64,000 bases of DNA from Azolla caroliniana (lineage: Eukaryota; Plantae; Polypodiophyta), in the NCBI GenBank assembly GCA_043228905.1, contig JBHGNT010000009.1:6324001-6388000 (forward strand), written 5' to 3'. The position numbers and the translations under genes are program-made. The notes beneath the pieces were generated by a model. That model saw nothing but the letters and a program-made list of their open reading frames with translations. It did no database searches and was not told where the DNA came from. Shown here piece by piece: positions 1 through 13,728 of this stretch; the stretch's first letter is position 1; every line of letters starts with the position of its first letter.

Positions 1-1099
1 CCGTGCCTCAAAAATGTATTCTAGGAAGGGGGCATTTTCTAATAAAGAAGTTGAAGAAAATTGTCAGTGCAATTCAAATAACTTAAAACAGAATTTGTGA
101 CATGATTCCGCATAGAGAGGGGAAAACCATCATTATCTACGTACTTTTTACTCTTGAAGTCATTATAACATGACAATTTGATGAACATTGGGCTTATATT
201 TCGTCTAAACTTCATTATAACCACATGGTACATTATTCACAAGTGTAAAGCATAAATTGACTAGAATAAATCGGTGAATATAAAAAAACAATAAGTGAGA
301 AAGGCAGGGAATTAATTAGGGTTAGGACGAATATTATTATTGCAATGCCTAAAACGGTAGGGAACTAATCACAGATGAATAGGATGAACAACAATACCCT
401 ACTTTAGCTATGTTATTGGTGTCAGCTCTTGGATTGCGAAAGTGAACTCGTTGAATTCACGTAGTAGTAAAAACATGAATTTTCTTTACAATGAACATAA
501 TATTAGACCAATCACCTTCATTCAATTATTAATTTGAATGGACTATAAAAGCAATGATGTGCTTTTGCAGTGTGGTGTCTTGTTCATGAGATGGATTGGT
601 TGTTTTACCAACTAACTATATTTGTTTGCCCCACTAAATTTTGTTAGATTGTTAGTTCATATTTGTTACCCATGATACCCTTATAAATCCCAAATGTAGC
701 TCGACCAACTAGGGCCATGATCTTGTTATGTGCTGGATTTAGTGTTATTTTCTTGTGTAGCAATCAATATTTCATTTTCCATCAAATTTTATGTGCCAAA
801 TGAGATAATAGGATTTTATTACGTGAGGAAATGAGGCAAAGAAAAAACATAAATGATGTAATACCAACTTTGTAAGACTAGAAAAAATGCACGAAGATCA
901 TTCATGCTCAAAAACATTATAGTTTTGGAATCTTAACGACATCTTGAATATTATGCAATATATCTAATGTCATCCTTTGCATATGACAACCATATTGCCC
1001 CATGGTAAGAGTAAATGTGATAACAAAATTATCATTTCTTGAAACTTCGCAAAAGGGAGATCTTTAGATAATTTAGATTTTGAAACAAGGCATTACATG

Positions 1100-2250
1100 C
1101 TGAAGCACAATCTGAAACAAGACACTAGGAAGTTTAAACATCCTCACAAATGGCTATTGATTGGTTCACACAACAATGAGTTTGATGTTACATTTATTGT
1201 ACATAATTCCGATGTGAGACAATGCATAAAATTATTTGAAATCCACAAGATATTTTTACTCTATGTTTAGCTGTTGGAAAACTAGAAGTTATTTCACCAT
1301 ATTTTGAAAAACCCAAAATATATTTTTGTACAATACTCACCAAAGGTCATCATTTCAAGAGACTTACAAAAAAGCTTAAAGATATTTATCAAATAATTCA
1401 ATCCTAGATGATTCTGGGTATCGATTTAAGCAAAGTTCCAACAATGGGGATAATACAAACATTCAGAGTCATTCAAAGTTTGACAATAGAGATACATGTT
1501 GCAAAAGCCATTAACTTAAAAGTAAGACATTACAACATAGATGTCCTTGGTCATCTCTTCAATCAAGTTAATCGCAGATATATCTACATCACAGCTATGG
1601 GTTTCCTCAATGACATTAACATACTGAAATTTAGGTAAGTGCTGTAAAAAAGGCATCACATACTTTGTGGCTCATTCCATTCTTATAAGTCTATATTCTG
1701 GAAGTTGACATACTACATACGATATAGGTGACTTCAATACAAATCCTGAAAGAACTCATACACATTGTTCCCTAGGTTCCACCATATCCAAATAGCCTCA
1801 TCATCAATTAAGAATCCCTATTCAAAGACTCATAATCGGGTTTGTTTATAGTTGTGTTTAGAATGTGTGCTAGAAACCATGCTAAAGTGAAAAGTTTGAT
1901 AATGTATTGATCGCAAACTCATGACCATATGCTAGTGTCTGAGATTTCTCTGCCCTTGGCAATCAAATATATGGTTATAACATCATTTATTGCCCCATGA
2001 CTCAATATGCTTCCATTCCAAGTGTGGTTGCCATGACGACACGAGAGATTACCATACTACTAATGTTACTCTCATGGCCCTAGTATGCTATGACAAGGCT
2101 TTTATAGAGTTATTCTCAGGTCATCATTAATGTAAATTTCTGTAAATATAGAGGATGGAGAATAGATTACTCCATGATCCTTTCCAATGACCTTTGAATT
2201 TGTAACCAATCATTTTTCTCAATGTATATGTATAACACAATTAAAATAAA
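1100..2250 (+). pseudogene. Degenerate CACTA/En-Spm Tnp2-like transposase remnant (boundaries approximate)
   Basis: Fragments resemble Tnp2 motifs in the expected order: ~1153 MAIDWF (cf. LATDGF), ORF 1408 GIDLSK..QTFRVIQSLTI, ~1687 KSIFWKLTYY (cf. SIFFELPYW), ~1915 KTHDHMLV..LPLAIK (cf. KSHDCHVLM..LPIAIR). Many stops and frameshifts. Confidence 0.45.
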
Positions 2251-2513
2251 TCGACCATATTTTCATTAATCACCTGATACACAAAAAATACTTTTCATGA
2301 ATTGGCAAAGATGATCTCATGTTTAAAGTAACTTTAAACCATGGGATTTCATCATATAAGCTCTCCGCCCACTCACTAAGCACATGCCCCTTCTTTCAAT
2401 CATCATCACATGATTCTGCATCCATTTGCACTCGTGTGTAAGTAAATCTCAGTCTTTACAGAGACAAAGCTTACAACAAGCCACTTGTGGATGAGGTAAA
2501 AAATACCAATGCC

Positions 2514-5500
2514 CTATGATACAGTGCGTCCATAACATACGGATGCGATATAAAGATTTCTTGACCACTTTTCCTAAAGAGAAAAAGAAATAGATCACAT
2601 TATTTATGAACTAATCAATCATTCATAGAAACCAAAACATAATCAACAAACCAACCTTCACGTGAGCACTTGGGAATGCTGAAGTACGCAATGTCTCCTG
2701 TGTCTCATCTGTCAATTTCTTTCTTGGGATGCTTAGTACAAAAGCAACTTGGTCACTTGTGGCTGCAGTGGCTGTTATACGATAACCGGTCTCCCATCGA
2801 CGATGTATACCCTCACTGGGATAAAGAAAATCAAGCTCCACAACCTAACAATATCTCACAACCCCAAAAACCATAAATATTTCTCGGTTTAAATACATAT
2901 AGGTTGAGATTCAGTGTTACTATATATAGTAAGCCTAAAATTTCAACAATTATATTAACCAACATTTATTACAAAAATACAACCAACAGATTGAGGTAGG
3001 CAGATATACACGACTACCTCTAGAAGAGAGAATTTGCCAATTGTGTCATCAAGGAGTGGAATCTGAAGAACACTATGTTTGTCATTGTAGTGTCTTTTAT
3101 GAAATCAGAGGGAGATACCATTGCCTCTTTAAACAAGGCTTTGGCCCACTACGCAAGGTAATGGAATATGAGGACCAACGATGCCTAGGACTTTTCTTGC
3201 TAGAGCTCAAGAGACATCGGGAAAAGTTGTTGAAGAATACAGCCACACAAGCTCATCCACAAAGAACAATCACAACTTTCTTTAGCCCCATCACTCCTAC
3301 TAATGCTACAAGTCCATCAGGGGATACACAAATGGGCTCTAGACCAGGACATAACAAAGGGGTTACAATTGATCGGGCAATAACAATTTGCCGTGCACGC
3401 AGGCCCCGGCCCCATGGACCACGACCTCGACACCCTTGTCATCGATAGATAAAAGCCATTATCTCCTGCCATCGTAGGTGCTTCCCTCGCTTCGGAGACA
3501 TTTCCATTCTGGATCGACCTATGCTAGAGACCTTTCGAAGACAAAAGCTACAATATACCTAACTTGAGGATCTCACATGTGCCAAAAACCAGATTCCCTC
3601 GTTTCTATTCTTTGCATCTTATTTATTTTATTTTGATTTGTTCTCAAAGACAAGACAACACTCAAGATGTAATCTCTTATTTGGTCTTATAGGCCATTTT
3701 GGCCTCTTAAAAGATGTTAATATATCTTTCTTTCTCTTTCTCTTAGAGATAGATAGAGATCATTTTCCTCGCTCTAAGATATTGCATCATAATTGGATTA
3801 TGCACAATGCTTTTGTACTTGATGGTAGACATGGAGTTAAAGCATAAGTTGATGGAAGTATTGATGTGACAATTTTGTTTATTGGAGCAAGTTGAAATTC
3901 TTTCCTAATTGGAGTGTCTGTCTTGCCTATTAGCAATTCAACGTGTCCCACTATCCATGTTGCAGTGACACCACTCAATTGTGGTACCATTGGTGTGTTT
4001 TTCACACATAATTTATTGATATAATTGTATGTTTTCACAAAAAAGAAAGATATATCGAGAAAGGCAGGCACAAGCAACCTCCCATAAGGAGAACCTTGGC
4101 CTTGTAAATAACAATCGGCATGGTTCGGTTCGAGTGTGTCAAAACCGAACCGAACCACGAAACCATTTAAACTGAAACCGTTTAAACTGAACCGTTTGAA
4201 AAAATCCAAACCATTAAATTGTTAAAACTGTGATTTTGTGGTTCAATTTCGGTTTTCAAGTTAGGTCAAAACTCAAAATTTCAAATTTCAAATTCAAAGT
4301 TTAAAAATTTTCAATTTTCAAAATTAATTTTTTTATTATTTCAAATTTTAAGTTTTGAATATTTTAAAGATTTTTCCTAAAATGTGAGAATTAGGCTTAA
4401 AAATGAAAAGGTTGTTTAAACAAATATTTAAAAAAATCAACTGGCAACCCTAAACCATCAAACTGCTTAAACCACAGTTTCAAACCATTTAACCGAACTA
4501 TTTGCCCCCCAAACTGAACTGAACTGTTAAAAAAAACTTGAACTTGAAATGAACTAAACCAAGCCGTTTTAACTGTTAATCTGTGTTTCGTGGTTCGGTT
4601 TGGTTCAAACCGAACTGTTGCCAATTGTTACTTGTAAATGTTACTCCTAGGTATGTGTAGGAGTGTGTATATTCTACCTTTTCCTCTCCCAAGAAGAATT
4701 CTGGTTCTGAACTTGTTACCCATGCTTGAGTGGTGTTAAACACCATCACTTTAGTTTTATCCAAGTTTATCGACAAACCTTTGTTCTTACAAAATAGTTT
4801 TAAGTCATTTCGATGTCTTTGTAGTTCCTCCCGAGAGTCAAAAATCAGCACAATATCATCAGCATATAGTAATATTTGTATAGCTATACCCACTAGGCAT
4901 GCTCCCAAACCCCCGAATCTCTCTTATGTAATGTGATACCTCATCTATATAGAGATTGAAGAGAGTGGGCAATAGTGGGCATCCTTGCTTCACTCCGATT
5001 ATACTAACCACCGCATCTGACAAACCCTTGGAAGACTGCACATTTGCTGACATGGATTCATAGAGTGCATAGATCAATCCCCATTGCATATCTGTAGGGA
5101 CACCAAGGGATTCTAGCCGTTGCATAAGCCAAGCACATGGCAGTGTCAAAGGCTTTTCGGAAATACACAAAGTAGCAATAAATCCTCTTATTATGGGCTC
5201 TGCCCTCTTCGATAAGGGTTTGGAGGGTCAATATGTGATCCAAAGTTGTGAACCCCTTCTGAAAGCTTGCTTGTCCATCTGCATGGCAGCAACTCCACTC
5301 TGCCCATATACCCATTTGTAAAAGTGACTACTAATCTCTTGTAACATTGCCACATTGAGTTTGTTAAATGGCTATCATCTAAGGTTGAACAAGAATGGAA
5401 GGAATGTACCTCTGATTATGGATGATGGCAGATCTTGAAATGTAGTAGTTGGCAGCCTAAATTACTACTTCTAGCAAAGGTTTTCATTTGGAAAGTACTA

Positions 5501-8500
5501 ATTGGGGGCATGCCTTTGGAATTAGCATTAAAGAGACGTGAACTAACAAAAAGCAATTGCTTCTTTTGCATTATTCAACTGGAAGACACTAATCACTGCA
5601 TACAATCTCCAATTGCTTGTCAGATTTGGGGTTACGTTTCTTAGATTTGGCATGTTTTGTCATGTTTCTATTTGATGCCAAGATAGTGGGTTTTTGCACA
5701 ATTCACACAACTTGACCTGAACTCAGAGATGGAGATCGTTTTCTTCTTTCTAAGAAGTTAGGGATTGTGTCATAATTAGGATCTACGCAAAGCTTTTGTA
5801 TTTGACGGTAGGCATGGAGTTAGTGCATATCTACAAACGCTGAAGGGAGTATTGATGTTGAAATTATTTCCTCACCATAGTGTTTGTCTTGCCTATCTGC
5901 GATTTAACATGTCCCACTACATGTGTAGCGGTGACACCACTCAGTTGTTGTATAATTGTAGTGTTTCTCCCATACATTTATAAATATAAATGTGTAATTT
6001 CACCAAAAAACGAAAAGAGAGAGAAGCTAACTTGATCTGTAAATCCAGCATTTCGGGACATCACAATCCCCCACCGGTTTCCAGCTATAGTCATTGAAGT
6101 GATATGGAATCCTTCTTTCCACTTTTTGCTAATCCATTTGAATGGAAACGCTTCACTAACTTTGTATGACTGTTGAGTAAATGGTGTTCCTGTAACATAT
6201 ATGAAGAAAAGTAAAAAGAAAATATCTCTCTATCTCTTCAATCTTAAAGTGATTCCTTTTGAGCCTTGAAAACAAAAAACATGGCTTTATGCGTATGCGT
6301 GCGTGTGTATATACAACACGTGTTTTTTTCCAAGAAATTTTCATTATTCAACATTCATGTCGTCAAAATATCACCAAAGTTTTCGATTTTTTGCTTATTC
6401 TAACGTCAATCACATTCTTAATGCAATGCATATCAAACTATAAGTTTAGTAAAAACCCCATTTTTAGCCCTAAACTAGAAAAAATGTTTTTTGTACCTTT
6501 TGACATGACCATCAAAGCACTGCCATTGTCAGAACCAGAAACAGCACTGATATAATACTTCTGTTCCCATTGTTCCATGATCCAATCCTATCAAGTAATT
6601 ATTGTTGATATCATGTATTTTTCTTTTTCTTTATTTACAAAGAAATAGAAATAGAAACTTCTTTATGATCTCTTCTCTTTTGCACTGCTGACAAATGTAA
6701 CATATGTACTAGAATCAAAGGAACAAAAACCTTATGGAAAAACATGTGGGATAATTCGTAAACTTGTCCTGTAAATCCTGTTCCAGCATCCATTATAAGA
6801 GCCCACAGATTTGCACTAGAAGCTACACTACTGATATATAGTCCATCTTCATGCCCTTTGTGAACATATTGGTGTATGCGTGCATCAGCAACATTGAAGT
6901 GGAACCTGCTTAAATAAGCACAATAAGATAAGTATCATAACCATCAACAACTTGTAATTGGTTTATAGATTATCCTTCATATTTTATGATGAGACACAAC
7001 TATGACAGTTTTATTCATTTGCCAAAAATTCTTTGGTTTCATATGCTTTTTGGCCTTTCTGGGGACGATAATCTTATTTACTTACTTTCTACTGCTTTGT
7101 GTATAGAAATAAATATTATCTGCGGTCAGTACTGATAAGAATAAGTTGAGCTCATGTTACGATATGGCACATCTGAATCTATAGGCCCAGTATTAAATCT
7201 TCCGTAGCAACGAAGCCCAGCAATATTTTATTCCATGTACTAAAGCTATAGTTGTGCATAAGATATTGTTGTAAGAAGTATAGCGCATCCATCAGAAACT
7301 AAGAACATTATTATATTAAATGGTGGTAAAAAAAGGTAGTGTCTTTGGCATTACCTGTTTAAGTATATTTTTTTGCTATAATCTTTGATTCATCATGAAG
7401 AAGATTGGATTTTAATCAGTACCATTTCAAGGGGTTACTATTGACGATATGCACAAACAATCAATAACACAAAGAAACTATGGATTAGACAGATTAAAAT
7501 TAATGGCTGAGGCCTAAGTACAATGGACATATACACTCATGTGCTCTTGAGTGAGTAAATATAGATACAATTCGATCGGTATAGAAGGCCCCGTGAGTCG
7601 TGGGCTCTAAGTCTTCTTGATGGATGGAGAAGACACCCATGACTCACAACATGAGAGGGTATGCTGGACAAAGGGTGGTTGGGCGGTATGCTCAACGGGT
7701 CCAAATACTCCACCTGGTCATCCTTCATGTAGTCAAGGAGCGTTGGTCACGCGAGTTCGAGTCCAATCGGAGATCCACCCTAATCATAAAAAATTTCAGT
7801 GGTGTAACAGGTAGGAAGGCCATTACAAACAATGGGTATACAAAATCAAAACTGTTGAAGGCAAACCCAAGTACAAGCCAAGGCTGGTTGCTAAGGGATA
7901 TGCCCAAAAAGAGGGCATTGATTTCCAAGAGGTTTTCTCTCTAGTGCTTAAGATGACCACACTACATGTCTTGTTTGCTCTCATGGCCACCTTGGATTAG
8001 GAATTATTCCAAATGGATATTAAAACAGCCTTTTTGCATGGTGATTTAGAAGAAGAGCTGTACATGAAACAGCCAGAAGGATATGCCATTCCTGAAACAG
8101 CGCATCTGGCATGCAAGCTGAAAAAGAACTTATATGGGCTGAAACAGGTTCCCAGGAAATGGTATAATAAGTTTGATTCATTTATGCTCAAACATGGGTT
8201 CAAAAGAAGCCACGCAGACCACTGTTTGTACACTAAAAAGGATGAAGATGGCAACCCAATTATTCACGTATTGTATGTAGATGATATGCTGTTGGCAGGG
8301 AAGAACAAGAGCACTCGCAATGCTCTAAAACAGCAGAACTCTGCATTCTCAATAAAAGACCTTGGGGACGATGAGCATATTCTTGGTATGTGAAAAAAAA
8401 GGATATGCAGCAGTATACTTTGCATTTATCCCAAGAAAAGTATGTTGAAAAAGTGCTGGACAGATTTAATGTGGCTGATGCTAAACCTCTTGGAGTGCTA

Positions 8501-11500
8501 TTGCAGCCACATGTTAGGCTTTCCAAGGATGATTCAGCCAATTACATGAAGAATGTTCTATATGCATCAGCTTGTGGTTCACTTATGTGTGCTATGCTTG
8601 CCACTCGGCCAGACATTGCTCATTCAGTTAGAGTTGTTTGCAGGTTCATGGCTAAACCCGGTAGAGCTCATTGGGAGGCAATCAAATCTATCTTGAGATA
8701 TTTGAAAGGAACCAAAGTTAAATGCCTATGTTATGGAAAGGGTCCATTAGACTTAAAAGGATTTTGTGATTCAGACATGGCAGAAGATGTGGATACATGC
8801 AAGTTCACAAGTGGCTATGTATACACCCTTGCAGGTGTAGCTATTTCATGGTGCTCTAGACTTAAGAGGATAGTTGCACTATCTACTACAGAGGCTGAAT
8901 ATATTTCAGCAACAGAGGCTTCCAAAGAAGCCATTTGGTTAGTCCGCTTGTGCAATGAGTTTGGATGCCTAAAAAGGCACCTTTTCTTGGATGCAATAGC
9001 CAAGGTGCCATATGTTTGGCAAAGAATGCAATGTTTCATGCTTGCACAAAGCATATGGATGAGAGATACCACTTCACCAGAGAGGTGCTAGAGGATGGCA
9101 TAATCACTTCGATCAAGGTCAATACTTCACAGAATCTTGTAGATACCCTCACAAAGTGTCTACCCAGGCACAACATTAGCTATGTATACAGATGGTCGGA
9201 GTTATTTAGCTTAAAGGAGCCTCTTTGGTCCTTTAAGTGGGAGATTGTTGGGAATAAAGGCTCCAAGGACTCTCCTGTTTTAGTATATTTTGACTCTTTA
9301 ATGTGAAAGCTCTCTCTGAGAGCTTTCTAGACATACTTTTACTATATCTTTGGCCCCAATTTGAGGGTTTATCGGATTTACATTATTTTTATAACTTTTG
9401 TTCATTGGCCGTGTGTGAACATGCCAAAATGATTGGTTGCAAACCTCTCATAATAACATAGGAACTTTTAGCAGCTAGGGTTTTCTCTCCATTTTTCTGC
9501 ACAGTTTTTCTACTTTCTCTAGCATGGGTAACAAGATCAGAACCAGAATTCTTCTTGGGAGAGGAAAAGGTGGAATACACACGCTCCTACACATACCTAG
9601 GAGTAACATTTACAGGACCTAGGTTCTCCTTACAGGAGGCTGCTTGTGCCCGACTTTCTTGTGGATATGCAGCCCTTGGTGCTCTCGAGAGACAATGTGC
9701 ACATTTGCAGTTCCAAGAGCCATGGACTAAACTATGGTTATTTGATACACTTGTCACACCAACTCTTCTCTATGGAGTAGAAACATGGGGACCGAGTCTT
9801 AACAAGGAAAATCATTGAAAAGATTTAGAGAGACCTTTAGTGTCAATGATTGCTCGCATGATAAGGAGCAAAGCATCGGTGCCCCACGATTCCGGGCAGA
9901 GATGGGAGCAGCACCTATAATAACTGAGGCATTGTTCCGATCAGTGACATTTATCCAACGTCTTTGGGAGCTCCCTAAACGAAGGTACCCAAGGTTGGCA
10001 CTTGCATCATCAAGACAACTGGCTGAAAATGGAGACACTCATTGTTGGTATGTTTAAATGCAGCAATGGTTCGAGTCACATGGCATGAGTATAAATGCAC
10101 TACCCCCGTTCCAATATAGCTTGGACTGTCCCCACCTAAATATGACCAAAGTGGACAAGAATAGAGTGATCCGAACTGATATTATTAACTTGGAAAACAA
10201 GATAACATAGATCAGCCCCAAAATACCACTTGGTACAAAGATGGCCCACTATAAGACGCACTTCTTACTTCTTACATACATCGGAGGATGGATTCGTCAT
10301 CAGGCCACCTTATATGGGCATACATCTATCCTATGCGCTGCGTAGTGTGATAGGGCAGCTGCGAACTTCATCACATCAGCTACAGATTGAGGTAGGCAGA
10401 TATACACGACTACCTCTAGAAGAGAGAATTTGCCAATTGTGTCATCAAGGAGTGGAATTTGAGGAACACTATGTTTGTCATTGTATTGTCTTTGATGAAA
10501 TCAGAGGGAGATACCATTGCCTCTTTAAACAAGGCTTTGGCCCACTACGCAAGGTAATGGAATATGAGGACCAACGATGCCTAGGACTTTTCTTGCTAGA
10601 GCTCAAGAGACATCGGGAAAAGTTGTTGAAGAATACAGCCACACAAGCTCATCCACAAAGAACAATCACAACTTTCTTTAGCCCCATCACTCCTACTAAT
10701 GCTACAAGTCCATCAGGGGATACACAAATGGGCTCTAGACCAGGACATAACAAAGGGGTTACAATTGATCGGGCAATAACAATTTGCCGTGCACGTAGGC
10801 CCCGGCCCCATGGACCATGACCTCGACACCCTTGTCATCGATAGATAAAAGCCATTATCTCCCGCCATCGTAGGTGCTTCCCTCGCTTCGGAGACATTTC
10901 CATTCTGGATCAACCTATGCTAGAGACCTTTCAAAGATAAAAGCTACAATATACCTAACTTGAGAATCTCACATGTGCCAAAAACCAGATTCCCTCGTTT
11001 CTATTCTTTGCATCTTATTTATTTTATTTTGATTTGTTCTCAAAGACAAGACAACACTCAAGATGTAATCTCTTACTTGGTCTTATAGGCCATTTTGGCC
11101 TCTTAAAAGACGTTAATATATCTTTCTTCTTCTTTTTCCATTCTGGATCGACCTATGCTAGAGATCTTTCGAAGACAAAAGCTACAATACACTTAACTTG
11201 AGAATCTCACATGTGCCAAAAACCAGATTCCCTTGTTTCCTCTCTTTTCATCTTATTTACTTTTATATTTACTGTGTAATATTTATTTTATTTTGATTTG
11301 TTCTCAAAGATGAGACAACACTCAAGATGTAATCTCTTACTTGGTCTTATAGGCCATTTTGGCCTCTTAAAAGACGTTAATATATCTTTCTTCTTCTTTC
11401 TTCTTTCTCCTTACAACAACATCGAGTCAAAACCAGTTCCACCTCATGATAAAATGAATGACATACAAAGAGACATTTGGAAGGTTTTATTCAAAAATGT

Positions 11501-13728
11501 TCAAACAACCTTGGATTCGTGCAAGTTCCTAAATGTTTAAAACCAATCACAGATAAATTACATAAAAATAATCTAGAAATATAGAAGCAAGTTACCGCTG
11601 TTTCATAGCTTTCCGGAAGTTATACACAGTAACCCATTGGGTTGCTGGCATTCCGACTCGTGTTTTCTTCTTCGGTTGTTCATCCTCAGCGCTCTCCAGA
11701 GACAACCTTGGCCTCTTCTCTCCAGCCTAGAAGAAATTTACATGTGTCAAAATCATCTAAAGATCTGAAACTTTATTTAAGGCACAAACAACTCTAAATC
11801 ACTTACCTTCATGGCACCTTCTGTAAGAATTGGCCTGACAGCAGGATCTGGACTAAGAATTGAATAAAAAATGTTGATCAACCTCGCATAATTGGGCTCC
11901 TCATCAAACTTCATTTCAATCACACTATCCAGAAACTTCTTGAAGGGAACAGGGCATAAACAGCAAAGAGTATCTGAAGATGTGTCCATCTTCTTCTTGC
12001 ACACCTGAAACCCTTTGTTCTCCCCCTGAAGTAAGTACGGCAACTCGTCAGAGTGTTAAGTACAAATGGACATATATTATCAGAATATATCGAAGTTGTT
12101 CAGAGAAAAGCAATTAGGACCTGAAACCCCTGCCATGGAAGACGCCCCTGAAGAAGAAATACCAAAGTATATGCTAGAGATTCAAGATCATCTCTCCTAC
12201 TTCCTGTTCGACCGAGATGTGCATGAACACTTGCATATCTTACAGTTCCTCTTTCATGATAAAGAAAACAAAATGTCATAGAAAAAACATAAATAAAAAA
12301 CGCCAAACTTGTTAAAAATCTTGTTTTTACTCCCATTGCAATTATACCTAAAAACAAATGGCCTCTGGTCATATTCAACATGCAGCCCTGTGGTAGAATT
12401 CCTCCACTTCGATGCTGAAAAGCAATGAAATAGTCAACAGGAAGGATTAGAATTAAGAAAAAAAGACACATCAAAAGACTGTCACTTGTACCAAGGCCAA
12501 GGTCTACAAGAAACAGCTTCTTTTTATCGATTGAGCTGGGGTGTCCAAGAAGGAAATTTTCCGGCTTCACATCTCCATGAACATAACTGTATAAAACAAA
12601 GAAAATAAATATTTGTCGTGTTTACAAGAAATAGCAAACACCTTCAAGATATTCATATTTTACTTTACCCTTTCGCGTGCATTTTCTGCAAAATTGAAAG
12701 AGCCTCAACAGCAATACATGCAACCATCTCCATAGACATGCTGTTCATCGAGAATAAATTATTACCTTTTTTCTTTTTGTCTCAAACTCTTAAGTTTGTT
12801 TGTATTTATTTCTTGGGTGAAGAACTAGATACTTACGACTGGTTTGAAGACTTCCATACATCCCACAAACTAGGTCCTAGCATGTCCATAACCTACAAAT
12901 CAAAATACAACATATGATTTAATGTAAGGGTCACAATTTAATTGGTTTTTCTCCAATCAAATCCCAAACATCAATCTTACCATAATGTAGAATTCACCTT
13001 GTCGGCCTTTGTAATGCACACGGGGAACTCCGTAGCAATCATTTAGTGCACTGTAATCAACAGAGATTTAGATAGAACTACTCTGATGATGACATTCCGA
13101 CAAGGCATGTAAATGCAAACAATAATGGCATGAGAAAAGTGTGTACTTGTAGACTTGCCACTCGTATGGTGGACCACTGTTACAGCCTTTGCTCTTCCGG
13201 TGCTCAAATTTAAGAGCAACCTGAATGCAACGTTGAAACAAGCTAATGTTAATGAGATTTCTTATGTATCAACTTTAATATTTAATGTATCTATTGCATG
13301 ACATGGTTCAATACATATCTTTACCACATATTAAAGATTGCATGTGGAAATATCAATATGTATTCATCATAGATACAAGTGCAAGAAAGATATGTTAAGA
13401 AAATAGATGATTTAATGTTATGACCTCTGCAGCATGAGGGCCAGATAGTTCTGACACATGGTGTATCCGACTACCAACAAAAACTTGACCAAACCCCCCT
13501 TTTCCTAGCTTTTGATCTATTCTATATATGGGAGAATTACCCACTTGAACCTGAAAGACACACAACATTAAGATAACATTGAAACAAATAAACACAAAAA
13601 ATACATATAGATAAATGATGGTGGAATTATAGAAACATAACCCTATCAGGAATGGGGGACGAGCTTCCCTCTTCTTCATCTGCAGGCATCTGATCAACAT
13701 TGTTCTTTGCTGCGCTCTGTTCTTCCAT
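2514..13728 (-). CDS. Casein kinase 1-like MUT9-like kinase (MLK/PPK/AEL, HD16/EL1 family), 16 coding exons, 599 aa
   Basis: Manually spliced GT-AG exons: 13728-13642, 13550-13425, 13220-13147, 13050-12981, 12892-12837, 12740-12669, 12586-12492, 12414-12348, 12250-12121, 12025-11807, 11726-11596, 6905-6731, 6587-6497, 6189-6032, 2844-2656, 2573-2514. Total 1800 nt, all phases compatible. Motifs [57 protein letters not shown] and the MLK-specific C-terminus ([14 protein letters not shown]...YGRTVS*). Confidence 0.93.
2987..3742 (+). mobile_element. 5'-truncated LINE 3' end (same clade as the intact LINE at 58-62 kb)
   Basis: Encodes [22 protein letters not shown]-terminal Zn-finger-like region; ends in a TTTC-rich tail; near-identical to 10384-11135. 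Confidence 0.85.
3765..4045 (+). mobile_element. L1-type LINE 3' fragment with A-tail
   Basis: Homologous to 5770-6010 (GATGGTAGACATGGAGTT...GTGACACCACTCA...TTCAC+An). Confidence 0.6.
4065..5315 (-). mobile_element. Degenerate LINE RT fragment interrupted by a MITE
   Basis: [37 protein letters not shown] motifs; sequence resumes at 4100-4065 after the MITE and matches 9615-9660. Confidence 0.85.
4109..4630. mobile_element. hAT-family MITE (522 bp)
   Basis: TIRs TAACAATCGGCA / TGCCAATTGTTA; exact 8-bp TSD CTTGTAAA (4101-4108, 4631-4638); subterminal AACCG/CGGTT repeats. Confidence 0.9.
5340..6010 (+). mobile_element. L1-type LINE 3' fragment (zf-RVT region) with A-tail
   Basis: [14 protein letters not shown]...CFFC..LEDTNHC..PIACQIW matches the plant L1 zf-RVT pattern. 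Confidence 0.7.
7808..9518 (+). mobile_element. Truncated, degenerate Ty1/Copia (RT-RNase H, PPT, partial 3' LTR from 9246)
   Basis: [32 protein letters not shown] motifs; PPT AAGTGGGAGA followed by TGTTGG at 9246. Confidence 0.9.
9519..11410 (+). mobile_element. 5'-truncated LINE with a second 3'-end copy (11137-11410) in tandem
   Basis: RT C-terminus ([18 protein letters not shown]) to Zn-finger-like region, then a TTC-rich tail; the 3' ~240 bp is repeated. Confidence 0.88.

Noticed and set aside
6985-7140. Intronic C/D-box snoRNA (ATGATGA...CTGA)
   Set aside because: No terminal stem or identifiable rRNA guide; such motifs are common in AT-rich introns.
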